A stretch of 64,000 bases of DNA from Spongospora subterranea f. sp. subterranea (taxonomy: Eukaryota): contig JAUGWO010000117.1 of assembly GCA_049724395.1 (NCBI GenBank), forward strand, positions 1-64,000, read 5' to 3'. Below, in pieces: positions 1 to 13,798 of the stretch. The notes beneath the pieces were generated by a model. It had not been told where the DNA came from. It was given only the letters and a program-made list of their open reading frames with translations, and ran no database searches. Position numbers and translations under genes: made by a program. Each line of letters starts with the position of its first letter. Within the stretch, counting starts at the first letter, position 1.

Positions 1-309
1 CAAATTCGAATGTACATAGTATGTCATATGGGTATGTGGCTACGGTATGTGCCCAGCCCTTCAAGTTTGCGCAGCCTCAAAAGCCAGTCATGTACCAAGG
101 TATGTATTATGTACAGTATACGTACCTCGCACTTTTTTCCAGTAGAAATTTCGACGTTAAGAGCATCTCCACCGCAAACTCCACGGCAAAAAGATGTTAA
201 ACGGGTTCAAAAATAGCCTCCGGTAAAATAGTTATGTCCCCTGTCAAACGGTTCCCCACCGCGCGGTCAATTTGAACGGTAAACGGCAAAACGGATTTTC
301 GAGCTGACA

Positions 310-710
310 ATGATGGATAACGACGACAGCGCTTTTGGGCTAATCTGGCAAGACGAAATGGAGGATGGCACCATTGCCCAGTTTGTAATGATCCTGGGTC
401 AGCATGCGGCTTCTGCATTGACTATGAATCCATCAATATCCAATCGTGGAGGATCACATATTGGACGCTCACCAAACTTGCCCCGAAATTTTGCTTCTGG
501 TCATGAAAGGATTTACAAAGACTATTTTTGCGCAAATCCAGTTTACCGTGCCCACCTCTTCCGACGACGGTTTCGTATGAGGCGAGAATTGTTTGATGTA
601 ATACATGATGGCGTTGTCGAAAGAGACGATTATTTTCAGCAGAAAGCTGATGCTCTTGGCAGTTTGGGGTTGTCATCACTGCAAAAAGTTACGGCAGCTT
701 TGCAATCTTC
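310..710 (+). pseudogene. Harbinger transposase N-terminal fragment
   Basis: DYFCANPVY..FRRRFRMRRELF..YFQQKADALGSLGLSSLQKVTAAL is typical of plant-type Harbinger transposases; the DDE core is deleted. Confidence 0.85.
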
Positions 711-1153
711 AGAGAGGAAATATTTTTTCCTCGAAATGACTGCCACTTGGGAGCGGACGATAATATACGGTAGGAGCTCATCAATAAAAAGCTGGTCCCA
801 GTACTTGCTTTGTACAACGCAAGACTCTTATCCAAAACATCTTGATCAGATGTCCCACTTTCGTCTACATCGCGGATGTGTGCGACACATCCAACGAATT
901 TTGCAACAGCCTTCTGGACCGTAGTCCATTTGGTCACCAGCGACCGTTTGGTTCTAGTCTCTGTCGATTCCGGGCGGCAAGAATTGAAATTAACAGCAAT
1001 CGCCTCCCAAAAAACGTCCGACTTCTGCCCTGTTCCCGTTCGTGAATCTTGAGATACATGCAGCCAGGACCTGCACAGTTGATCGACTTCATCTTCGTCG
1101 AAATTGGTTCCTCGTGGTGGCCTGGTCTTTGTTAGCTGAGTTGCCATTGCCAT
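700..1153 (-). pseudogene. Harbinger Myb/SANT-like accessory protein, truncated
   Basis: RGTNFDEDEVDQLCRSWLHVSQDSRTGTGQKSDVFW..RTKRSLVTKW..VAKFVGC motif; convergent to the transposase inside the TIRs. Confidence 0.85.
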
Positions 1154-1638
1154 GATTCTGCTCACGCAACAGCACCTACCAATTGCAAAAAACGAATTTG
1201 CTGTTGGCGGCAAACCTCTTGCTCGGGATAATTATGCCGATACCGTGTCCGCGGTGGGACCTACTGTTTCCGATTTTCCGGTAAAACCCACGGCAAAATG
1301 CCGGAAAAGTGCGTTTACCGTTGCGCGGTGGAGATGCTCAAACTCACAAGCTGAGGCCTCACCTCAATAAAGTTGCGCCAACACTACTGTCAACATGCTG
1401 ACGTGATTCCACGCAACCTTATGAGTTAGGTGTATGACACGCACTCTTGCTTCTCTGTATCATATTTCTCGATACGATTTGTCATGTTCACATGGCTACT
1501 GCAGTATCTCAATCAAAAACTAATTAATTTAATCAGTGAACATGACAAATCGTATCGAGATATGCTACAAAGAAGCAGCTATATTGCTATCTGTTCGTTT
1601 TTAAGGTTTCAAGGTTTAGTTGCAATATGACATCGGAG

Positions 1639-1737
1639 CCAACAAACGGACCAGATTCTAAAACAGGTTGTTTTGGTGACGACAACAATCGATTCGCCAC
1701 AGTCACAACCTGTTTTAGAATCTGGTCCTTTTGTTGG
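1639..1737. repeat. 99-bp hairpin: 33-bp inverted arms with 1 mismatch
   Basis: CCAACAAACGGACCAGATTCTAAAACAGGTTGT (1639-1671) pairs with ACAACCTGTTTTAGAATCTGGTCCTTTTGTTGG (1705-1737). Confidence 0.9.
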
Positions 1738-2124
1738 GGAAATCGTAATCTTGACATGAAATTGAAGATAATCCACGATCAATTGTATGCTCGATTTCAC
1801 AGGATCAACTGGTCACGAGTTGACGTAGTCAACAGTCAATTTGGTAAATTTCTTCTGTGGGGTACTAATTCCAACCAATTAATGAAATGTAACCGGCACG
1901 AAATTGTTTATGTGCATCGGCGCCGCGGTCCTAACACTCGTAGCAGGGCATGCCCGGCACGATAATTCGGCAGATGTTTGTTAGGCCCGAGCCTGATGAC
2001 GTTACGAAACCATAAAGAACATTATTGATAATACATGTATGTACAGTACGTTGGTACTGTAGTGAAAGCCACTGTAGACACTGATTTGCTGCATGACAGG
2101 ACAGCACCGCTTGAAATCCCCGTG

Positions 2125-3177
2125 TCACATCAGTGATGTACCGATGCACAACGCGTCGTCACCATGATCGAACAGTTTCTCACACTTGCTACATGTGGGG
2201 AAGCTTGCCTCTCTGCCTGACAACTTGCATCGAAATGTCAATAGGATAGCGTTGTCCTTTTGGCCTGCAGTTTTCTGTGGAACTACTTTGCGAAAAAGTG
2301 CCTTCACGGAGGCGTTATCGTCGCGGCGGTGGCTACCTCGTTTGCTGATAATGTGGACTTGCTTTGATGAAGAAGTGTGGGACGATGATGATGAGCCTTC
2401 CTCGTTCGATAATGGGGATGACGGGCGGTCGACGTCAACTTCGACCGTTTCACGCTTCGGTCGCATGAACAGGATGTGAGTGATTGGATAATTCGTTGTG
2501 TGGTAGCCGTCAAGCGTTTGCCATCGCAAAATTGGTCTTTTCATGCCGTCGTAGAATATCGGCTGTCCATTCAAAAACGTGTGGGAGAAGAAATGATTGC
2601 CTAAGCAGATTGTATAGAAAATGGCAGCAGGGTTGAACTGCTTCTCGCCCAATCGAATCGTAGTCGGCGGTTTGGTCTTCATGCAATCAGACGGTTCATT
2701 TCCTCGCTGTGCGAGCAAAGGGATGGGGACCAACAGCAACTGTGGACAGTTGATCATGATCCGTTTCTGTATCGTGCGAGTGCCTGGGACCGTTTCAAAC
2801 TCGTCCGATTCTTCGTTGAATCGGTACATTGAACTGGTGTCGAGAATGAATGCCCCATCAGGTACATAGGAAGGAAGTGCAGCGGTGTGCGTCGTCGTCC
2901 TATCGCAAGGACCGTCCATATGCTCGAAATACGAATCGAGTGCATTCTGACGGCGGGTGCAGTTGCATATCGATTTTTCAGGTGACGAAGTCATTGTAGA
3001 TAGTACTACGCTTGCCAATGTCCAGAGACCGATTGTCGCGCTGATGTGGACAGTAATCGGAAGAGCATAAGGTGTCCCAGGTTGTCCTGTACATGAACAA
3101 CTCTGGGCAGTAATGAATGACGGCGTCTTCGACACAGCCCCACATGTCATGTTTCCTAACGTGCTCACGTTCATCAC
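2125..3177 (-). pseudogene. Remnant of a larger degenerate gene or transposon ORF with a USP-like His-box region
   Basis: 350-aa open frame with IFYTICLGNHFFSHTFLNGQPIFYDGM..ITHILF (peptidase C19 His-box-like) and a C-terminal CxxC; sequence upstream to about 5270 has broken frames. Confidence 0.35.
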
Positions 3178-5412
3178 ATTTGGACACCAATCAAGCGTGC
3201 TCCTCGTCTCTGGTCCTGTGTCAAAATTGGATTGGAAACCTTACAAGTTCGAATTGATTGGCTTCATGAAACTGATGGAGGAATTTGCAATTAGCAGATA
3301 TAACTAACTCTGTTGATTATGAGAACCTACATTGATATGACGCGTTCGGGTACTGATACAGAGATGTTTACTGCTCCAGCCAAAGACTGTTGGGACATCG
3401 AATGCACAAACCGGGTCAGTTTCAACGTATTCGGTTCTTTACTCTGCTCAAAAATAGTGTTGGTGAAATTGGTCAACTATTTCAATGTCCTTGCTCGCAA
3501 TTAACTGCTTAAGTTTTGGATTTTGAATACCGTATGGGGTGGTGGCTTATTCGTATTTTATACCATGGTTTATACTGGAAGTGGTGATGTAAACGGATTT
3601 TGGCGCACCGTTCTAAAAAACTGGATTATTCGACAATCTCGATTACAACACCCATTGTATTATTTTCGGGCAAAGACGGTAGTTGTGCATCGGCCAAGTC
3701 TTCAAGTACTGAAGAATAACCGGACGAATCTCGTAATTACATCAACCTGTGAACAACCTTTCGATGCGGTGTTTGTGGGAAATCAGGTTGATAGATTTTT
3801 TGATTTGTTGCAACGGTGTATTTTCTATGAAGGTTTGTTTTGTTTCCTCTTTTTGATGAGCAAGCCCAGTTGCTGATGGTTGCTGACGATTACGCCTCAC
3901 AACGCTCTCCCCGGACCAGTCATCGCGATTACCCGAAAAAACACGTCCAGAGAAGATACCTTACAAACGCAGAGCTTAACACCCTCTGAAAGGTACAGGC
4001 GAATCGTCAGGAACCACCAGCAAGTGGGCTTGCTTATCTATATCATCTAGTGCGTGTTTTTTTCAAGTAAACGTTGGATGTTCTTGATCAATTCTTCAGA
4101 CATGTGCAGCTTGCTGATACCATATCGGATGTTTCAAAACAAAAAAACTTTCGACAACTTTTCACTGCCGGAATTTGGCTGCAATTATTGAGATTTCGAA
4201 TCAAAATCGCCTTTTTGTAATCTGCATACCTCGGCAAAAAATGGGAAAGAGTAAAACGTGCCGCCGAAACCCACAGCAAACCTTCCGTAAATATCCTCTG
4301 ATACTCAATTCCAGACTGCCTTGTCGTCAATATTATCCTCAGCATAACTACGTTATCTTGCCCCCGATGGCGGTGATGAGATTTTTACTGTTCACAGTGG
4401 TTCCAACTTGAACTACTCAGCGAAAACATAAAATTTGTGGCCTTGAACAATGAGCATCTGCCATTTTGGAAATATCGATAGACATAATTGAGGCCAACTC
4501 ATGAATCGAAATTAATTTTTTAGATCCGCTTGAATAAGTTACTGGGCAAAGAATGAGCGGGGATGGACCTGCACATCATAATGCAGCCCAAGCGTCACGA
4601 CCATGAGACCGTTGGGATTGAATTGCAACGGAAATAGCTTGAAATCTTGTTGGGTTAGTCAAACGGTGCAAGTGGCTACCTGAAATCAATTGATGCAGGT
4701 CCACGTGATTACCATTGATATCTGGTCAGGTCTATAGCTCCTTCAATGCCGATTAAGTAGCGTGATGATGAACAAAGGCTCGGAATCTGTTGGGCTTCTT
4801 CAGGAACAAGTAATCCTGATAAGTATTGGTAGTCAATGCGACTATCATTTACATCAGTGTAAATCAAGTCCTCAAATGGTAAACTTCCATCATTGTTGCG
4901 TATCGACAATATGTATCAGTAAACCATTCAATTAAGTGCAAAATTGCAGGCTTTCACTATCATTCAGGTGTTCCTTCAAATTATGTCTATCGCATTGTTC
5001 CTTTACCGCCACTTCGTTGCAAAATACTTGTATATGTTGGAGAATGACCAAGCAAATAATGTGCAATAACCCTGCAGATGTCACCCCATCGTTTTGTATA
5101 ACGGCAGGAGTTTGTGGGACCTCGTAAGATCAACCGCAGAGGATATCCCAAATATGTCGTAATGTAATGTCGATAACGAAGGTGGCGCTATGGGTCTCTG
5201 TTGGTAGGATTGGTTCGTGTTCAACATTTCTGCGGGTCCGGGGAGGGACTGAGGGAGACCGCAACTCGTTAACATCACTAATATCGCTGCGGATCCTGAT
5301 CCAACCAACTCGATCAGCGCAGGGGTGATCGGGTCCCAGAATAGTCTCCCTGGCGCTCGTCGATCGCCAGTCTATCTGGCCTGGCTACCCAAATCAGAAT
5401 CACTAGTCGCCC

Positions 5413-8400
5413 ATGTCCCAAATCCCCGACCATGACCATATCGATTTTGATGAGGCGCTAACCCACCTGTCGTCATTACTTGATTCGTCATCCCCATTGA
5501 CCCCTTTATCTCTTCATCCCGTATCGGTCCTGTTACGCGCCTCTCCTCTATCTGCTTCTCAATTCCTCCTATCTCCCGCCATATTCTCCAAAATCCGTTC
5601 CTTACCGTCATCCGTCTATTCCCATATATCGTTATCTCTATTACAGACCCTATCGACGCTCGACGCCCCAGCTCCCGCGTTATTATCGTTAGCTGAACTG
5701 GGTATCTCTCTCCCATTCATCCCCTCTGTTATCGCTATACTTCACCGCCTCCCGCCCCTTCACCGCCCAGCATTGCTCACTCTCATATCATCCTCTTTTA
5801 CATCCTCTAACTGCACTTCATGGCTCCATGCCTTTTCAGACATGTCGCAATGCCTATCCCCACCTGTTTATTCATTGATTCACACACATATCGTGCAATT
5901 GCTTCCTCATGTCAAGTCAGAGGATTATGTTCCTCTTTCACAAAATGTGCTCCAGCTAACAGGCCATTCACTGAAGATTAACGACCCAGATACAACTCAA
6001 TCATGGGCTGAATTAAGTATTTATCCCACTCTACAGTACTAGTTATTTGCATATAACGGTTTGCTCTGGAAACAGTTCGAAAGCTCTACCAATTTTGCCC
6101 TGCTGTCACCATTCCTGATGTCATGTTTGTTAATGAAGCCGCCTTTACATATAATTCGACTCTATTGAATATCGTCCTCCAATCGTATGAAAGCGTTGGT
6201 GTTTGATAGCGTTTTATTTGGCTATGTGATCAACGTTTTATCCAGGTTCAAGCTCTAACCGTATCCGATATGTTGCTGTTGATCTGCCTGTGCTCGGCTC
6301 AACCATATATTGACTGCGTTATGTCGCCCGTTTTTGGCATATTATCGTCGCGACGGCATACAATTGACAGTTGGCAACAGCTAATCTGTGCCCCAGGTAT
6401 GATAATTTCCCCAACTGTATTAAGGCCAGTGTTGGATCCGCGATTTCAGGAATTTCAACGTATGTTCCGCTAATCACATCGTGGGCGGAATCGTGGTTTG
6501 AGAAGTCCGATTCGATGTCATCGCTTGCCGCTGGAATTATCGTCGCAATTTTCTCTCACATTGAATCTGCTCGATCAGCTATAATCGCATTAGTCCTGGC
6601 TGGTATATCAGAGCATGATGCCCGTCCATCATTGCAGGTATTATGTCATCTGCTCTGCAAAATGAATCTCTGCTGATTACCACAATAACCCCACTGTTTA
6701 GGAACGCTATTTGGACCTCTTTGCTCGTTTGCCAACTGGTTTCCTATTGTCGTATATCTCTCCGTTAATTGAATGGATGCGATATGCAGGGAATATATCG
6801 ACTATTGCAGCCAAACGAGCATTTCAAGCTGTCTTGCCTTTGGTCATGGCGTCAAATTCATTCCTTGATAGCTGTGTTGTGCTGTTTAGAAAGTTTTTGA
6901 GTTCCCGAATATCCACGGAACGAACTTTGGGTCAGTATTCATCGAGTTCTATATGTCAACATCTCTAGTTGATCGATCTGCTAGGTGTGTATGGGATTTC
7001 CAATCTTCTTCTAGTTGCTGGGTCATCATTACCTGTATCAATCCAGGTTGATATCGCAACCTGTATCGGATCAGGGCTGAGTGCATCATTAGCTCAACGG
7101 GCAATAGTTTACGAATCCATATCCGAGATCCTGTCAGGATCAGACCATCGCCTAGATCAGCAAACTTACAGGGCTGTATTCCAAATGTTAGATACCCGCT
7201 TGGAGAAATATATGGTTTCGAAGAAAGGTGCATAATAGCAGGCCATTCGATACGTCCTCATTCTCTAACCCGAACTTTGTTCAGTTTCGCTGATATTATC
7301 ATTTGCTGACTATTTCGAGGATAATTCGTCCGACACTGATCTAATCACAGCTCGTGACATCCTTCCATTGTTGATCTCATGCCACATATCAGCAGCTACC
7401 CATATCATACCGCGACCTCGCCTCCATGTTGTTGAGCACTTGTGTCTCAACCCTGATAGTTTCTTATCGGCCCTGTTCATTGAGGGTCGTGAATGGGATA
7501 TGAGGCGGCTTCATGCGCTATTGTCTTCTGCCGGTTAGCTTCTCATTCACAACACGCCGTCTGTAAAATGTTATGTTTAGGCATATGTGATGTCGTCTCC
7601 GAGCGCCTATCTGAAAATCCTGAACTTATTTCTGATCTAAATTTACCTGATGATTTACCTCCAGATAAAATTGCCAGCCGCCTTTTACAAATTTCTGCCT
7701 ACATTCATACCTATTTGCGGAGCATCGAATCCCGATATCCACAGGTCAAACAAATATTTTCGGTATTGCTCCACATATTGCACCATCGCTTCTTTCCAAC
7801 ATGATGTGTCCACTGCCAGACCTCCCTCGATGTGTATTATATGTCGCAATCTCAATGTCAGAGGCTGATTGTCTCGAGTGATCTGTCGGCCTCCATTATG
7901 CCCAGACTGGTAACCTCATTAAATATGGCGATTGAGAAGTCAGCTAGTCGGCCCCATGATCATCATATCCCGAGTTCGTCCTCATCGTCAATGTATAATA
8001 AGTATTGTTCTTTATTCCTCTTATTTTGTTTTTACTTCACAGTGCCTGTTCAAATCTGTTTTCTGATTGTTTCCGTAGTCCATTGTCCAATCCCCAGTAT
8101 TTATTGCGGTTGTTGATGCCCATTATCACACACTCTGCACCTTGGTCATCGACACCCATTACGCAGTACTCGCCATGGATATCTGATCGGATCGCCCAGC
8201 ACAATCTCCCGTTGCCCACCCCATCCTCATTTCGCCATCGTCTGCTCAACCTCTTCCTCTCTCTAATCCGTCAACTTAAGCGGTTATCTCCTATCAGTCA
8301 AACATGTCGCTTTCCATATCCAGACGATGATGATCTTGGCGACACGGCCGAACATCGTTTTGATAATGTTGATATAATGGCGATATCATGGTGCCGTTCC

Positions 8401-9556
8401 CTTCAGCATGAATTCAGTTCTGGTATATCGGTTCCTATTGCCACATCATATCTAGCACTGCTCAGACACAGTATCGGAATAATCTCATCCAATGCCAAGG
8501 TACAATCATATTCTCCATATTCAAGTTGCTAACCGACGTGCATCAGGATTGCTTTGCGGATATCCTCTCAACCCTGTTATCAACTTATTATATTCGCCGA
8601 GCCACTCTTGTTCATTCCATTACTCTATTGTTGCTCTCCATTCAACCTGAATTATCGCTAACTCTTATTCAAGATAAATCTCGTATTTTGACCGAATCAG
8701 ATTCATGTAGATTCGCCGCGTTTGATGCTGTGACCATTTCCAATATTCAATGTCTGAATAAAGCGCTGTCTGCGTTGAAACCCCAGCTAAAATCGCGGCA
8801 GGTCCAAGACGATGAATTCAACGCTGGTCAGGATACTGTAATTGGCTCATGTTCTCTCATATCCCGGGTGATGACCTTTTTCCTGAACATCACTGAAGAA
8901 GTGACCAGCGATTCTCCTCGTTGTCTGTCTCGACTGCTCCTTCTTCTTACAAAGCTGTTCGATATGTCTGCCAAGTCGTCCCTACTGTCGTCCAGATTGC
9001 TAGTCAAGATCGATCACGGGAGTCATGATGACGACTGGGAGAGGTTTGCTGAGATCGAGAAATCTATCGGTATCAAAACGAATGTGTCAATTTAGTATTT
9101 ACTGCTAACAGATTCCCATTAGAGTCCATTATTGGTATGATTAAAGCCATCCCAACAGTGTCTTCATGGATAAACGAAAATCGGTCTACATTGTCGGGGC
9201 GAGCTGTTTCGGGTCTCGTTTTCAAAATTGCCACGTTTGAGCAGATCGCTTCTGAAATGGTGCGTCGCAATCGACAAGGTGTAGCCGCTGATTTGATGCG
9301 ATCAGTCGCCAAATATCTGAAGCGTCTGAAACCTTGCCAGGCTAATGTATGAATGTCATCATCAACGCTGTTCGCCACCAACTGTGAACTGACATGACGA
9401 TATTAGTCGAATGATTTACTGGAGCGCCCTCGTAAACGTAGTCGATCACATGGCAAACAACTTAGAAGTCGTATTGCCTATATTGATGAAGCATTACTCG
9501 AGGAAGGCGATGGATCTGATGCGTATGCAGATCTTGAAGACTGGATTGTCGATTAA
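5413..9556 (+). CDS. FANCI: Fanconi anemia group I protein homolog, multi-exon
   Basis: Chain of + strand ORFs joined by short GT-AG introns. AAKRAFQAVLPLVMASNSFLDSCVVLFRKFLSS matches FANCI ..LLKAVQPLL..RDCLILVLRKAMF, with the monoubiquitination Lys at 6891-6893. QRAIVYESI and SGLVFKIATFEQ match later FANCI motifs. Last exon ends ..DLEDWIVD* at 9556. Confidence 0.85.
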
Positions 9557-9754
9557 ATTGTTATTAATTATTTGTACTTTGCCGGCCACCTGCCTAATGT
9601 GTCGTCCTTGAAATGAATGGGTGTTCCTGGTTGAGCGGTGTTGTGTAGTGGTAGAAGGTGCCAGACGATCATCGGAGAAGTGTGGACTCTGGAGGTCACA
9701 TATCTCTCTGCTGCCGGATTGGAACATGTTCATGTGCTAATCTGGTCAAGGATT

Positions 9755-10240
9755 ATGGGTGATATTCCAACAGAGCAAGATATTCGATGCTCTAATGGCT
9801 CTATTGAATGGCCTGTATTCGATCCAGATCGGTTATCGGACTATAGACCATTCAATTTGACTTTCTTTGACCAATTCAATCCTAATGAATGTATTCGACA
9901 TAACCGTTCCAGCAATGATTGTGGTATGTTTTCATACGATCGAGATCGGATTGCCGTTTTATTGATTGTGAATATAGTTGTTGAGTCTTTGCCCGATCAT
10001 TCATTGTTGAATCTATTCCTGCCTCGCCCTCGTCCGCCCATCAACAATGTCTCAAAGTTAGTGCCGGCAAGACCATCAACAACTTCTGCTACACGACCTC
10101 GATCATTATATCGGTTTGCACCTCCTAAATCATCAACACCGCCATCTGATCCGCCTTTCAATACTGGTGGAGCATTCTCTCGACTATTGAAAAGATCTAC
10201 ACCGTCACCATATCACCTATCGACATTTACTAATAGATAA
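9755..10240 (+). CDS. Hypothetical Pro/Ser-rich protein, probably one intron
   Basis: ATG at 9755 (MGDIPTEQ..) within a long open frame; a GTATG..ATAG intron-like segment at about 9924-9977; no recognisable domain. Confidence 0.4.
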   Translation: MGDIPTEQDIRCSNGSIEWPVFDPDRLSDYRPFNLTFFDQFNPNECIRHNRSSNDCGMFSYDRDRIAVLLIVNIVVESLPDHSLLNLFLPRPRPPINNVSKLVPARPSTTSATRPRSLYRFAPPKSSTPPSDPPFNTGGAFSRLLKRSTPSPYHLSTFTNR

Positions 10241-10904
10241 TCTACAACACCCTAATATCATTATTAAATAATTTGGGATAATAGTCAGTGAAGTTAACAA
10301 TGACTTACCGCTCACGATCAGGCACAAATGCCAATATCGTGTAAGCCCTTGCGGTACAGGTTGTGCACCTTGCATATAATGCATTGAGTGATTAATTTAT
10401 GAGAGTTAATCAAGATTAAGAAGCTTATGAGGATGAACAGGTTCTGACTCTAGGGAAACCCCAGTTCCCTTTGTTCATTTCGGAGCTAGTCATCTGTTTC
10501 AAACAATAAAATACGGCGTCATTGAATGGATTTCCCACACCAATCAATTATAAATGGCGTAATTCCATTCTTGCAATTTAGTTCAGGGTTTGTCTAGAAT
10601 CGTTCAGATTTTCGGCAATGAATGTTATCTTGGACCAAGTCTTCACCTGTACCTGTTCCAGAGGACTTATCAGTCCTACCAATGGTAGAGATTCATTGGT
10701 TGGTTGATCTTGGCGGTAGTAGTGTCTCTCTCAGACTCGCGCGCCTACAGGTTCACAAGTGGTCCAATCCCAGTGGACACTTTCAGGCTCGCGCGCCTAC
10801 TGATTCTCAATGACCATCTTGCGCATCAGCCCAGCGCGTCACGGTCACGACCAGCCAAGAGCCCAAGACACTCAGGGCCAGATTCATTAATCATCATATC
10901 ATTG

Positions 10905-11363
10905 ATGGCCCTCAATCTTTGTCGTTTAAGGCTAGGCCTTGCTGCTCGCAGCTCGTCAGGCTTATTTTCCTTCTCAACCATCAGCCCAGTTTCTGACGAT
11001 GATTTCCATCCATTGTCATCGCCATTCTCCTCAAAACCAAGCCCAGCTGATCCGCGCGCCACCATCGAATCGGATATATCATCGTCCGACGTATTTCTCT
11101 ATATGAAAGGAGTCCCTAGTCGACCACAATGCGGTTTCTCACAGCGCGTCGCTATGATATTATCGTCGCAAAACGTCCCGTTCAAGTATAGAAATATTCT
11201 CGAAGATGATAGCATTCGTCAAGCGGTTAAAGAATACAGTGATTGGCCTACAATCCCTCAACTATACGTCAAAGGCAAGTTCATTGGTGGTGCCGATATT
11301 GTATCCGCCATGTATGAATCTGGAGAGTTATTAACATTATTGAAAGAGAACAAGGTGTTATAA
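10905..11363 (+). CDS. GLRX5: Mitochondrial monothiol glutaredoxin (Grx5 type)
   Basis: Arg/Ser-rich transit peptide; VFLYMKG..PQCGFS active site; WPTIPQLYVKGKFIGGADI. Confidence 0.93.
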   Translation: MALNLCRLRLGLAARSSSGLFSFSTISPVSDDDFHPLSSPFSSKPSPADPRATIESDISSSDVFLYMKGVPSRPQCGFSQRVAMILSSQNVPFKYRNILEDDSIRQAVKEYSDWPTIPQLYVKGKFIGGADIVSAMYESGELLTLLKENKVL

Positions 11364-11599
11364 TACATTCATATGATTGCCGATTATTGTTTATATCCAG
11401 TTATCATCCAGTGTTCTTCACGATATCTGTTGCTATCAGTATTCTACACTATTCAGACCATCTGATTATCTTTTCAAGACTAATGTTGAATGTCCCGATA
11501 CAATTGCAATAATATGAGATTAAACAGATTTGATTTGACGTCAATCGGTAGAAAAATAGAGGAGTAGTGTCGGTGGCTGGCACATAGACTTGATTAATC

Positions 11600-13310
11600 C
11601 TGTTGCCAAATATGATTCATTATCGCTCCGGATTCAATAAAGGAAACCGACAAAGGGTTTCGTTGTGTCCCAAATCAGCGGTTCCATGTCAACGGGGTAC
11701 TCGTTTCGAAAAGAATCAGTTAAAGATTCAAGACATACACCCTTTGAAGCAGATTGGGCGGTGACGAAATTCTGTTGAATATGCAGACGAGCATACAGTT
11801 CCTGATTTTGATTCTTGAAATGGGAACCTTGATCTGAAACGTGTTGGAAAACGATCCCAAATCTCTTGAACCAATCAATCAGGCCATCTACCACTGTGAA
11901 ATGATCGGCAGGCAGGGAACTAAATCAACAAAGTTACTAAGATGGTCTTTGAAGATTACAGAACTTACTGAAATGTGTGGGAATATCCACGACGTGATTT
12001 GCCAATGAACAAATAGTCATAACGTGTGACTTTGTTGGGCTTGCTTGCATGAATAGCGCGATCAAAATGGTTGAGGGATCATAGAGGCCCTGACCCTCAA
12101 ACAGTGTAGACACTTGTCGATAAAACCTTTGATGTCCTGCTCGGCCACAGCGGATTGAGCAACTGCATGACCTGATAGTCCCATATGTCCAATGACAATC
12201 ATTTGAGTTTGAAGTGTAGTGGAAGGGATTCAGAGTTGTTTTTACGAGGATTTCCAGACGTCATTCACGAGAGTGAGCGGGGTATTTGATTTAGGAAATA
12301 AAATATCATCATATGGATTAATGTTGTGCTCTCCGATGAATGATCGTTGTGAATTGCTGATTTCCATAACAATTGGCCAAGGAGTGAATGCTTAAAACAA
12401 TGTGAAGCGAGATATGTTGGGCCCACAAACACGCCCCATCAGGTGCCTAATCCGCCCAAACATTATCCCCATCAGATATGTGCTCAAAGCGTTATCAAGA
12501 TCTTTGATCTGCTAAGTGTCGATAGTCAGTGCATATGAGAAATAATTCGACTGAGCAGATAGTGGTTCAAGCGGTGGCAGTGACTTATTGAGAGGGAAAC
12601 ACGTTCTCGATGATTGACCAGCGGAATTGATTATTTTCAAATCTGACCGGATATGAACACAAGCGGTTCGTGATTCTGGTCAGCATATAATTTGCTGATG
12701 TCGCCCGGCGGGGTCTGGGTAAAAAAAACTGACCAGAAATTATCAGATGCATCTGGGAAAAGACAGCGTATCCATCCGTCTTTGGGATGTGACAGCGTCT
12801 TGAGATTAGAAATAGCTGAGTTGATAGATTTTACACATAACGAATGTTTCGTCCCACCCCATCTTAACACGAGTGTTAGGCAGTGTTTTAGGGTGGATAG
12901 GCAATGTAATCGGGTGGTGGGCAGGTCCCATTCGGTGTGGTCGTTATGACAGGTTATGGGGGTGAATCCAACTGGTCAAATAGGTTCCTTCGTTGGAAAC
13001 CCAATCTACTTGTAGTGGCCAGGCGGAAGTAGGGAAAGCCTGGTCGTACACAGGATTACCCGACCAATAAGAACCAGCGTACCTTTGTATATCATACCAT
13101 ACCAAACCTACACCGACTTCCAACACTTTGAGAACGATGCTCACTGACTCCTCATCATTATTACAGGAATCATCCAGCTCTTCTCAATCATCGTCAGTGA
13201 TATCAAGCGACTCATCATCAAACCCTCAAGAAGAGAGCGAAGAAGCAGAAGAATCACAGCACCATGGATCGAACGCGACGATTGCAAATGGGCCGAATAA
13301 GAAGATGACG
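11600..13310 (-). mobile_element. Degenerate Ty3/Gypsy pol remnant (RNase H, integrase)
   Basis: LFPDASDNFWSVFFTQ..HEPLVFISG (RNase H) lies upstream of DWFKRFG..VSDQGSHFKN (integrase); many stops; ends approximate. Confidence 0.75.
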
Positions 13311-13321
13311 AATTAATTCAA

Positions 13322-13798
13322 ATGGTGAACCAAAGTGAACGTTACCTGTATATGATGTCGCTTAAGGAGGGTGCATATCATGATTTCCAATGGCAATTAG
13401 TAATCAGGGATGATGTGTCAGGATTGGTGCATATGACGCCTGTCAATACACCAGACACAGATGCGATCATGGAATGGAGATCCAAATTTGGGACTCCAGA
13501 GGTGTTTGTCTCGGATCAGGCAGCATACTCTATGTCGGAAATCATGAGGGGATTTGCAGCAAAATGTGGTGTGGAACAGCATTGGACTACTGCCTACACA
13601 TATTACCCGAATGGATCCATCGAGGTAATCAACAAATTGATATTATCTGCATTCAGGTGTGCTATATTAGAGTTGAGATGGAATAAGGAAGATTGGCCAT
13701 GGCTGATCAAGGCGATTGAGCATGGGCTCAATCATAAACCACAGAAACGGTTGGGTTGGAGGGCGCCAGTTACGGTTCATACTGGTATGGTATGGTGA
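13322..13798 (+). pseudogene. Gypsy integrase core fragment
   Basis: EWRSKFGTPEVFVSDQ..TTAYTYYPNGSIEVINK..WPWL..LNHKP..LGWRAP. Confidence 0.85.

Larger units (their letters stand above)
161..1339. mobile_element. PIF/Harbinger DNA transposon, internally deleted
   Basis: Perfect 15-bp TIRs GAGCATCTCCACCGC (161-175) / GCGGTGGAGATGCTC (1325-1339), flanked by TAA and AAA; two convergent truncated ORFs meet at about 705-720. Confidence 0.9.
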
